From: Candidatus Marinacidobacterales bacterium
GTDB lineage: Bacteria; Acidobacteriota; Vicinamibacteria; Marinacidobacterales; DATDRI01
DNA length: 64,000 bases
Assembly: GCA_965226495.1 (NCBI GenBank)
Contig: OZ245365.1
Location: forward strand, 5,728,001 to 5,792,000
Reading direction: 5' to 3'
The notes under the pieces were generated by a model. That model had not been told where the DNA came from. It worked only from the letters and a program-made list of their open reading frames with translations, and did not search any database. This document shows positions 47,041 through 55,681 of this stretch, piece after piece. A program made the position numbers and the translations under genes. How positions within the stretch are numbered: the first letter of the stretch is position 1; the number at the start of each line of letters is the position of its first letter.

Positions 47041-48102
47041 CTAGAGCCGGATTCCCAAGAGCGAAACGACGTTCGAGATCTTGTTGGCGATGGTGACACC
47101 GTCGCCGCCAGCGAAGAGTAGCCCTCCCATCACATTGTCTTCGGTCACGATCGCCGAGCCGGAATCGCCTCCAGCGGAAAAATCTCCGGTATCGGCTCTG
47201 ATGACAAGCTGATCGTTGAAAGTGGCGTTGCCCTTTCCCGCACCGTAATTGACGATACTCTCCGCTCCCACCACCTCCACCATGCCGGTGGTGTGCTCCG
47301 TGGTTCGCCCCGTCTTCTGGACGCGGTCGCCGAGCTGCAAGTCTGCGATCCCCTGGATCTCGCCGATAACCGGCATGTCGAGGTCCACGTTGCTCTCTAG
47401 CATGACCTGAGCAATTGCCGCGTCGACCAAATTGGGGTGAGGCTGGTCGATCAGATTCGGTCGTGCCACCACCAAGCGGTAAGGACAATCCATCAAACGT
47501 GCCAGGAAGTTGGCGGGCCACTTCCATGCCCTCCACGCGAACGAAGAGCTCGACTTTTTACCGCCGTTTCCGTTCCCTTCGTCGTCGAAGCGGATCCGGA
47601 CGTACTCAGTCAACCGAGCGATGCGATCGTCATCGGTACCACCGTCGGCGCGGCCCGGCTGTCGGATGAGGACGCCGAGGGTCGTGTCATTCGAATTGGC
47701 GATAACGTGGTTGTTGGAAAGAATGTAGTGCTCGTCACCGGTGCCGCGTTTGACCCATGCACCCAGCGTGCCTGCGGTCACCTCGGGGTGTCCGACGGAA
47801 TAACCGGGAGGGCAAGGACGCCGCCTTTGGGTAAGCGACAACGTCGTTTGGTGCGGTTTTAGCTCGCCGTATTCGATGACGTCGGTGGCGACACCGTTCA
47901 CGGACTCCGGGACCAATTGCCCAGCCGGGACTTCCTCCGCGGAGAGCTTCTTCCTCACCCCAACGACAATGCAAACCTCGTCGGTGCGCTTACCGCTGCG
48001 GTAGCGATAGCCGACCCCAACCGAGACGACTCCCGGATTTCCCTTGAGTGCTTTCTGTGCGGTATCGCACGCTTCTTTTTGATGCTTCGTGATCTGTGGC
48101 AT
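47041..48102 (-). CDS. Trypsin-like (S1, NAL1-like) serine protease without signal peptide
   Basis: GTLG, LSNNHV, VDAA, KTGRTT, GGDSGS; N-terminal NPGVVSVGVG...IVVGVRKK. Confidence 0.85.
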   Translation of the reverse strand: MPQITKHQKEACDTAQKALKGNPGVVSVGVGYRYRSGKRTDEVCIVVGVRKKLSAEEVPAGQLVPESVNGVATDVIEYGELKPHQTTLSLTQRRRPCPPGYSVGHPEVTAGTLGAWVKRGTGDEHYILSNNHVIANSNDTTLGVLIRQPGRADGGTDDDRIARLTEYVRIRFDDEGNGNGGKKSSSSFAWRAWKWPANFLARLMDCPYRLVVARPNLIDQPHPNLVDAAIAQVMLESNVDLDMPVIGEIQGIADLQLGDRVQKTGRTTEHTTGMVEVVGAESIVNYGAGKGNATFNDQLVIRADTGDFSAGGDSGSAIVTEDNVMGGLLFAGGDGVTIANKISNVVSLLGIRL

Positions 48103-48220
48103 TCCTACCTCCCTTGGCGCACGGGCATGCCTTCAGCAAGAACGATCGGGCAGTGGACTAACCTACTCGAAGGTCCGCGTTCACAGATAGGATAAGGATC
48201 ACACTTAGTCGTCACCCGTT

Positions 48221-48832
48221 CTATTTCAAAGACTTGATGTAGTCCTTGGTGGCGTCGGCGTTGGTGGTTTGGCCGCTTGTTTTCAGCTTGGACATCGCGT
48301 CGTCGCTCATGTCGAGGCCTAGGTAGTTGATCTGGTTCTTCAAGTCGGTGAGAAATTTATTGTAATGTTCACCGGCTTTGCCGGCGGCGGCGGTAATCTC
48401 GCCGAAACGGGAACGGGTCTTATCGAGGTTCTCTTTCGCAGCGGCTTGCAACTGAGGGTCCGTGATCCTCGCAAGACCCGTCGACCACTCGCTGAAGAAC
48501 TTGCTCGCTTCCTTCCGCATCTCGTCGTTGCGCCTGCTGAGCTCGCCAACGTTCTTTTCTGTTTTTTTCAGCTCATCGTTAAGCTTCTTGTATTCTTTTT
48601 GACGGTCCTTGACGTTCTTCTTTTTGAGGAGGTCGTTGTACTTCTTAACCGTTTTGTCCAGCTGCTTTTCCGTTTTTTTGATCTCTTCGACTGTCTTTTC
48701 TGCTCGCTTGATGAGATTCTTGCTGATCTTCTGTGCTTTGGCCTGAGCCCAGAGCGCCTGCGGCTGGGATGCTAGCGCGAACGGTAGCACTAGGACGAAT
48801 GCCAATTGCCGTGCGGTCATAATTATCTCCAT
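48221..48832 (-). CDS. Exported coiled-coil protein (DUF2959-like)
   Basis: Signal peptide, Lys-rich helices, FFSEW...I.DPQL...YLGLD. Confidence 0.6.
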   Translation of the reverse strand: MEIIMTARQLAFVLVLPFALASQPQALWAQAKAQKISKNLIKRAEKTVEEIKKTEKQLDKTVKKYNDLLKKKNVKDRQKEYKKLNDELKKTEKNVGELSRRNDEMRKEASKFFSEWSTGLARITDPQLQAAAKENLDKTRSRFGEITAAAGKAGEHYNKFLTDLKNQINYLGLDMSDDAMSKLKTSGQTTNADATKDYIKSLK

Positions 48833-48959
48833 GTCTTGTTAGCCGGGGAGGAACGATCCCCGAGAAGATCCCCAAGCTAATACCAACGAAAGACGGGGAA
48901 AACAAGTGAGAGCGTGGTGTCCTCTCCAGGGTGGCACGGATCCGGCGGCGGGAGTAAGA

Positions 48960-50534
48960 ATGGTCGGGAACGTGAAGCCGTCAAAGCTAGATCCACGAAT
49001 CGACGACACCAAGGAGTCAGAAGCATATCTCTCCCGACCGGTCGACAAGCGGGATGCTCTGATCATCTTTGCCTTGTTGGGTTTGTCGATACTCGCCACG
49101 CTTAGCGTCGGCGACAAGACTTACGATGACGCCTTCATCACCTTTCGTTACGCAAGAAACCTGGCCTCGGGTGAGGGTTTCGTTTACAACCCCGGCGAGG
49201 GCTTCCTAGGCACGACCACCCCTCTTTTCACCATGGCGTTGGCGCTATCCGGGCGCCTACTTCCGGGAGTGGCCATTCCACAGATGGGGCAGTGGCTGAG
49301 TGGAGCATCACTCTTTTTCTGCGGCTTGTTCGTTTATCTACTAGGGCGGGACGACGGCATTCCAGCGGCCGGTTCGGTGGCGGCGTTGTTGACTGTGACC
49401 CATCCCCTTTTTCTCGACGTTTGGGGAGGCGAGGCGCTTCTTCTCCTCGCCGCTGTGTTGGCGGGGTTTTTCTTCTATTTTCGAGAACAGCAAGTGCTTT
49501 GCGGTGCGGTGCTCGGGCTGGCCTTCCTGACGCGGGGAGAAGGCGTGCTTCCGGCCCTTGTGCTTTCCACGCACTTCTTCATCGTAAACAAGAGATTCCC
49601 TTGGCGGGCCGCGCTTGCTTGGGGAGCGATCGTTATCCCTTGGGTCGCGTTCTCGATCGTTTCCTTCGGCTCTCCCCTTCCCGCTACTTTACAAGCAAAG
49701 CTGGCCCAAATGGACTCCGGCTACTTCGCACCTTTTCTGACCACATCACTGCGGTGGCTTTTGGCATACGCTATCCCCAATCCCGATCTGCCTCTGAGCT
49801 CGAGCCATACCAATCTGGTCGTTTTCGTGTTCGCCGCATTGGGTGGTATATACCTGATGGTCCATCCCCGGTTTCGATGGTGGGGCATCATGGCCTGGCT
49901 GGGGTCGTATGTGGTTGGGTATTCGTTGCTAGGGGTTCCCTTCTATCACTGGTACGCAGCACCCTTGGCGCTCGGGGGGGCGATTCTGGCAGGGCTGGGC
50001 GCTCAGCTGCTTCTCGATTTGATAGAGCGGTTCCTGCGTCCCTTGGGACGCGGAATCGGAGTGACAGCACGAGTCCTCTTCGTTCTCATATTGGCCCTAC
50101 CTGTGGCGAGTGCAATGATGCGTCTCAGGGATTACCGCATTCGTCCCATTTCCCAGGTGCAACGCTTATACACGAACGCCGGACTTTGGCTGCAGGAACA
50201 TACCCCACCCACGACGACGGTCGGTTACTTCGAAATTGGGTTCGTTGGGTACTATTCCCAGCGGCCGTTGGTTGACGCGGTTGGCCTGATTAACCGAGGC
50301 GTCCCAGAACGAGTAGCCGACGGTAACTTCAAGTGGGCGTATCTGCATTATCGGCCCGATTACCTCATCATCAATCCCGTGCGTTGGTACGATCGTATCG
50401 GGAACATCCGGGATGAGGCGTGGTTCGCTGACGCTTACCGCCAAGTAGCAACCATCGAGGAACCAGGTTATTTCGACGCTCCCCTAACGATTTATGAAAA
50501 GGTGAACGACACAGCCATTCCTCATGCCCGCTAA
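48960..50534 (+). CDS. GT-C fold membrane glycosyltransferase
   Basis: DDAFITFRYARNLASGEGFVYNPGE...GTT.PL, LTRGEG, many TM helices. Confidence 0.85.
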   Translation: MVGNVKPSKLDPRIDDTKESEAYLSRPVDKRDALIIFALLGLSILATLSVGDKTYDDAFITFRYARNLASGEGFVYNPGEGFLGTTTPLFTMALALSGRLLPGVAIPQMGQWLSGASLFFCGLFVYLLGRDDGIPAAGSVAALLTVTHPLFLDVWGGEALLLLAAVLAGFFFYFREQQVLCGAVLGLAFLTRGEGVLPALVLSTHFFIVNKRFPWRAALAWGAIVIPWVAFSIVSFGSPLPATLQAKLAQMDSGYFAPFLTTSLRWLLAYAIPNPDLPLSSSHTNLVVFVFAALGGIYLMVHPRFRWWGIMAWLGSYVVGYSLLGVPFYHWYAAPLALGGAILAGLGAQLLLDLIERFLRPLGRGIGVTARVLFVLILALPVASAMMRLRDYRIRPISQVQRLYTNAGLWLQEHTPPTTTVGYFEIGFVGYYSQRPLVDAVGLINRGVPERVADGNFKWAYLHYRPDYLIINPVRWYDRIGNIRDEAWFADAYRQVATIEEPGYFDAPLTIYEKVNDTAIPHAR

Positions 50535-50678
50535 CAAACTCCGCTATTCGTCCTGCCAGCGCGGGACCTCCGCTTCGCAAATGGAGCTTTTTGCATCTGA
50601 GCAATAGTATATGGAGAGCAGATTCGCATGACGAGGAGTGGCTGAAGGAAGTAGGACCGGCGACTTTGCCGAGTCCAG

Positions 50679-52274
50679 ATGAGAACAGGAGATCGCACGA
50701 TGCAAGAACTGAGATGGCGGACGGCTAGAAGTTTACCTTTTCTGTGGGTCTTGGCCAGTGGCCTCTTTCTGCCCGCCGGGCTCAGCGCGCAAACGGCGAG
50801 CCAACCTGGCGTCGCGTTGGGTCCTCAGGAGCCGCCCTTTAGACCCGAACGACCGATCGTCATCCAGGGAGGGATGCTCATCGACGCTACCGGCGCCCCT
50901 CCCAAGCTGGACCATGCTGTTGTCATCGAGGGCGAGCGCATCTCCTGGGTGGGACCGATGGATGAAGCCAAAATCCCCGATGGAGCCCAGGTGATCGACG
51001 CCCAAGGCATGACCATCATGCCCGGCCTCATCAACTCCAATCAGCACATCCAGCTCAACCCCATTTACCCCGCGCCCACCGCCGATCTGCCGATGAACGA
51101 GCTCCGAGCTCGTTGGGAAGAGACCTTCGCGCGAATGCCCCAACGAGCGTTCGTTTACCTCATGCAGGGCGTGACCAGCCAACGGCAGACGAGCGGGCCG
51201 TCGAAGAGATTACTACCCGTCAAACAGGCCATCGACCGCGGAGAGATCCCGGGTCCCCGGATCTTCCTGGGAGGAGCCCTTCTCATGAGCCCCGAGCATT
51301 TCGAGTCGTACACCAAGGGCGCCCGCACGCCGGCTGACGCCATCGACTGGATGAGGACGGACTTTGCCTACCACGTGATCGACGATCTCGAGAAAGATAC
51401 CGACCGGCTTCTCGGTCCCGAGTTCAACTACTGGAAGCTCTACATGTCGCGTGAGATCTACGATGGTCAGAACGATTTCAGCGACGAGGACCTCCGGTTC
51501 ATCATCGACAAGGCGCACAAGAACGGAAAGATCATCGACGTCCACTGCGGAGGCCACAACGACGGACTGCGCCGAATGCTCGCGTTCGACGTCGATACCT
51601 TGGAGCACCCGTTCCTCCGGCACCAGATCGTCGAAGAGGACATCATCGAGGGCTACGTCAAGAAAGGCGTCATCGTCGATTCGCTGCTCGTGCAGTCGAC
51701 GTCGTTAGCCAACCGAGCGGCCGATCCGCATCGTTTCGACGAGACGATTTACGTGATGTCAATGGAGCCTAAAGAGTACCGGATTCTGATGCGCTATCGA
51801 GATAAGATGCTCTACAACCAGAGGAATCCCGATAAAGGCGGTCTCGCTATTTATGAGCCCCGGAACCGGCCCTCCCTAGGGCCGCGGGGGGGCGACAGCT
51901 TTGGCCTTCTGGGCCCTTCTTACAACGAGCTCATGAAGCGACGTGAGACGTCTCGCGAGAACATGCGGCGGTTCATCCGAGCCGGAGCCAAGTTCTCGAC
52001 TGGAACCGACACACCAGCCTTCGTCAACTTCCAACAAGAAAACGCCAACGCCGTTGAGATGCGCTACATGGTGGAGCTGGGCATGAGTCCCATGCAGGCG
52101 ATCGAAGCGTCGACCCGGATCGGCGCCGAGGCGCTCGGGCTGACCGATGAGCTCGGAACCATCGAGGTAGGGAAGCTCGCCGACGTCATCGTGGTGGCCG
52201 GAAATCCTCTTCTCGATATGAAGACCATGGAGAGAGTCTACGCCGTCATCAAGGGCGGGGTTCGGTACAAGTAA
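50679..52274 (+). CDS. Exported amidohydrolase-family protein with atypical metal motif
   Basis: PGLINSNQH, IPGPRI, DVHC, TLEH, TGTD, GKLAD. Confidence 0.85.
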   Translation: MRTGDRTMQELRWRTARSLPFLWVLASGLFLPAGLSAQTASQPGVALGPQEPPFRPERPIVIQGGMLIDATGAPPKLDHAVVIEGERISWVGPMDEAKIPDGAQVIDAQGMTIMPGLINSNQHIQLNPIYPAPTADLPMNELRARWEETFARMPQRAFVYLMQGVTSQRQTSGPSKRLLPVKQAIDRGEIPGPRIFLGGALLMSPEHFESYTKGARTPADAIDWMRTDFAYHVIDDLEKDTDRLLGPEFNYWKLYMSREIYDGQNDFSDEDLRFIIDKAHKNGKIIDVHCGGHNDGLRRMLAFDVDTLEHPFLRHQIVEEDIIEGYVKKGVIVDSLLVQSTSLANRAADPHRFDETIYVMSMEPKEYRILMRYRDKMLYNQRNPDKGGLAIYEPRNRPSLGPRGGDSFGLLGPSYNELMKRRETSRENMRRFIRAGAKFSTGTDTPAFVNFQQENANAVEMRYMVELGMSPMQAIEASTRIGAEALGLTDELGTIEVGKLADVIVVAGNPLLDMKTMERVYAVIKGGVRYK

Positions 52275-52358
52275 AGGCCGGCTTTTGGAGGACTGGTAGC
52301 GAAACGGTAACAGCGGAAGAAGCGCCGCCAAAGGAAACGGCGGAAGTGCGGATCCGTT

Positions 52359-52434
<76 letters not shown>

Positions 52435-52454
52435 ACCGCTTTGAAGGGGGACGA

Positions 52455-52545
52455 CATCCCCCTCACCCAATCCCTCTCCCCAGGGGGGAGAGGGGTAATT
52501 CGTGCGACGAGGAACTGCGGTTCGTTTCCTCGTCGGTCCATTAGT
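52455..52545. repeat. Composite of a family-A REP and a CGACGAGGAAC hairpin directly 3' of tRNA-Arg(CCG)
   Basis: Near-identical to 63620-63710. Confidence 0.8.
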
Positions 52546-52548
52546 AGT

Positions 52549-52625
52549 TGGTACGCCTGAGAGGATTCGAACCTCTGGCCTTCTGCTCCGGAGGCAGACG
52601 CTCTATCCAGCTGAGCTACAGGCGC
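52549..52625 (-). tRNA. tRNA-Arg(CCG)
   Basis: GCGCCTGTAGCTCAGCTGG...TCTGCCTCCGGAGCAGA...GTACCA. Confidence 0.97.
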
Positions 52626-52757
52626 CCATCACGCTGGAAACGACACGCTCGGTAGGCGAACCGAAGTTCATCCCAGGAGCACCGACAAGGATACTCGACG
52701 GGAGAGACGCTCGCAAGTAGCGGGAGAGACGGAAGTCGCGGCGATGGAGCCGCGGGC

Positions 52758-53315
52758 TTACCAGAGCGCCGAAATGCGTTTGGTGATGGTATCGACGACG
52801 TAGGAGTCGAGCTTTTCCATGGCCGCTTGAGGGAAGTCCACGAATTGGATGCCCATCCCGCGAGGAAGATCGGCCTCCGGGACGCCTCGCTTGGTGCACC
52901 AGACGACCTCTCCCGTGGCTTCGAGGAGGTCTTCATCGTCGCTGCCGATTCCGGCTAGGTAGAGCGTGAGCAAGGAACCGGTATCCACCAGAATCTCTGA
53001 GGCCACGAACACGCCGCCGCGGCTCAGATTGACGACTCGTGCGGTATGGAAGCGATTCTGGTGCTCGAAAACGATCGGCGTTTCTACCGGCACCCGGATC
53101 CGTTCCCGATTACCCAACCGTTCTCGGACCTCGCCGGCCGAGAAGCGCGGGGTTTCCTGAGGGAGAGGGAGCCCTTCTCGAGACATCATGAGCTCGTAAA
53201 AGGTCTTGAGCTCTGTCCAACGTCCCTCGTCTTTGGGTGGTAGGCTTCCACCGGAGCGAAGTTTGGAGTCGTTAAGCGCTCCAAACTCGCTGATAAGATC
53301 GAGAACCGTCTTCAT
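52758..53315 (-). CDS. PilZ domain protein (TIGR02266-like)
   Basis: RERIRVP, NLSRGGVFV, GEVVW, GMGIQF. Confidence 0.85.
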   Translation of the reverse strand: MKTVLDLISEFGALNDSKLRSGGSLPPKDEGRWTELKTFYELMMSREGLPLPQETPRFSAGEVRERLGNRERIRVPVETPIVFEHQNRFHTARVVNLSRGGVFVASEILVDTGSLLTLYLAGIGSDDEDLLEATGEVVWCTKRGVPEADLPRGMGIQFVDFPQAAMEKLDSYVVDTITKRISALW

Positions 53316-53383
53316 GGGTGCTCCCTTTCCCTCTTTCAACTCTGCCAGGGTTCGGGGGCCCGGCTTCGTTTTACCGTTCTAAC

Positions 53384-55378
53384 TCAAACTCGATTTTCCG
53401 AGACCGATGTCGGTCGGTCTTGGAAAAGAAAAGATGCGAGTGCTTCGTCCGTCATCGAATAGGACCCGCTCACCGCGGTCGCGTTCTCGAACATCGTCCG
53501 GGCTCGCAATCGGAGACCTTCGCGTTCGTAAAGTGTTCCGAGGGAGCTCAAGTATTCCGGGTTGCCGGGGTCGAGAACGGTCGCCATCTTGAGATTCTGC
53601 TCGGCCTCGAGTCGCCATTTGCGATTGTGGGCAAGAGCCAGACCGAGCACGTGGTAATACTCGGCCTGATCGCTAGCGAGATCGATTGCCTCCCGGCAGA
53701 GCACGATCGCTTGCCAATAATCCTCTGCGCCGAATGCGTCACAGGCACTCTCGAAGATGGACTTCGCCCGCGCCCTGTCATGGGCGTCGCTCGAGGTGGA
53801 CGCTGTCTTCTCCGCAGGCACGCTCTTTTCGTTGGCGTGAATTTGAGTCGAAAGTGTGGCAAACGCTTCGCTTACTCGAGTGAAAAGGAAAGATAGCTTC
53901 TTGTGAAACTGGGGGTCGTCGCTGCCGGAATAGCGGTCCGGGTGAAATTGAAACGTTTTCCTTTGAAACGCTTTCTTGATTTCGGCGGGCGTCGCTCCCT
54001 GGTCCACCCCCAGCACCTGCCAGTCATCTTGTTGCTGAAACAGCTGAAAGAGCTGCTCGACTTCTTGGCGGACCGGCTCGGCAGCTTCGGCAGGCTGTGT
54101 TTCTTTGTCAGTCTTCTTGGTGGTCGGCTCCCCATCGAGCTCGGTGATTCCGGCGCGAAGCAGGCCTAGGAGCGTGCGTGCGGTGTCCTTCTCGGAAAGT
54201 GCGCTCACCTTGAAGACGTCACGCGGCGTCACCGTGCCGTCGATTCGCGAAAGGATGAAAGCCTCTTGCGGAGTCAGGTTCACGTTGTGGAAGTGAAGCA
54301 ATGGGGACGAAACGAGACGCAGCCGGCGATCTTCCCTGAGGAGGACACGAAGGTGCGGCTCGATTTGCGTGGTCCGTCGTGCTTCTTTCATCAGGCTGTC
54401 GGCCACCGAGTCGTCGAGGGTTGGCGTCGTTTCCTTGGTCGAGAGCTTTCTCTCGGATTCTTCCGCGCTCTCCAAATCGAAGAAGACCTTGCCCGGCTCG
54501 GCTGACTCGATTCCGGGGATCGACCGTAGAGCTAGTCCGAACTCGCGTCCAGAAGCGAATCGCTTCAGGGGATCTTTGGCTAGAGCGTTTTTCAAGACCG
54601 CCTGAACGGCTATCGGCAATCCTAGCTTCTCGCAGTCGAGAGGTTCGGGCTCCTCGTTGACGATCTGGAGGAGCACGCCGGTCAAGCTGTCGCCCCGGAA
54701 CGGTTTCCTGCCCGACAAACATTCGTAAAGGATGCAGCCGAGTGAGAAGAGGTCCGATCGACCGTCCATGTGACCGGCCCGCGCTTGCTCGGGCGACATG
54801 TAGTCGGGCGTTCCAAGTATGCTTCCGCTGGCGGTGAGGTTGGTGGAAGTCTCGGTTTTAGCGATTCCGAAATCTGTTACCTTTACGTCGCCAGAGCGAG
54901 AAACCATCACGTTGGCCGGCTTCACATCACGGTGAACAACCTTGTGCTGGTGGGCGTGATCTAAAGCTCCCGCCACTTGAGACAAGATCTTGACGGTGTC
55001 TCGAAGGCCAAGGCGACCGTGCTTCTCGAGAATCGCCTCCAGGGTTACTCCATCGACGAACTCCATGACAATGACGCACCGCTCGTCGGTCAAGATGATG
55101 TCGTGTGTGGTTACGATATTGGCGTGGTGCAGCTGGGCTGCCACCTGTGCCTCCCTCAAGATCCGCTTCTTGAGGTCCTCTATCTTGCTGGGATAGGCGA
55201 AGCTGTCGAGACGAAACTGCTTGATGGCTACCGTGCGGTCCAAGACGGCGTCGTGAGCTTCGTAGACGTCGGCGAAGGCACCGGTGCCTACCTTGGACTG
55301 AATGTGATAGCGGCTTCCGACTGCAGCCACTACAGCATGACGGCCGGTCTTCGGGTCAGTTGCTCCAGAATCGCTCAT
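53384..55378 (-). CDS. Ser/Thr protein kinase fused to a J-domain and TPR repeats
   Basis: VAIK, HRDVKPAN, DFG, YMSPEQ; WQVLGV...EIKKAF...FHPDRY; C-terminal TPR-like helices. Confidence 0.9.
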   Translation of the reverse strand: MSDSGATDPKTGRHAVVAAVGSRYHIQSKVGTGAFADVYEAHDAVLDRTVAIKQFRLDSFAYPSKIEDLKKRILREAQVAAQLHHANIVTTHDIILTDERCVIVMEFVDGVTLEAILEKHGRLGLRDTVKILSQVAGALDHAHQHKVVHRDVKPANVMVSRSGDVKVTDFGIAKTETSTNLTASGSILGTPDYMSPEQARAGHMDGRSDLFSLGCILYECLSGRKPFRGDSLTGVLLQIVNEEPEPLDCEKLGLPIAVQAVLKNALAKDPLKRFASGREFGLALRSIPGIESAEPGKVFFDLESAEESERKLSTKETTPTLDDSVADSLMKEARRTTQIEPHLRVLLREDRRLRLVSSPLLHFHNVNLTPQEAFILSRIDGTVTPRDVFKVSALSEKDTARTLLGLLRAGITELDGEPTTKKTDKETQPAEAAEPVRQEVEQLFQLFQQQDDWQVLGVDQGATPAEIKKAFQRKTFQFHPDRYSGSDDPQFHKKLSFLFTRVSEAFATLSTQIHANEKSVPAEKTASTSSDAHDRARAKSIFESACDAFGAEDYWQAIVLCREAIDLASDQAEYYHVLGLALAHNRKWRLEAEQNLKMATVLDPGNPEYLSSLGTLYEREGLRLRARTMFENATAVSGSYSMTDEALASFLFQDRPTSVSENRV

Positions 55379-55681
55379 GGTTCCTTTGTCTTCTGGAGGC
55401 ACGAGGCTGGGGGAACGACGCCTCAACCGGTACTTAGAGCAAAAACTGTGCCCACCCCTTGGGGACTTTCCCGGTCCCTAGAACTGACTTCTCTCGCGTG
55501 GGTTAGAGGAAAAGCACCTGGGTCCGCATTGCAAAAAAGAGAGGGTAAACGGCAACGAGCCTGTGGGGAAACTCCCGTAACAAGAAACTAAAGTCGACGG
55601 GGTGTTGCCCTACGTTCGGCTTCGAAAACACGACTAGAGAGGTGTATCTCTTTGTGGAGCACGTGGTTGGCGGGACGAAGC

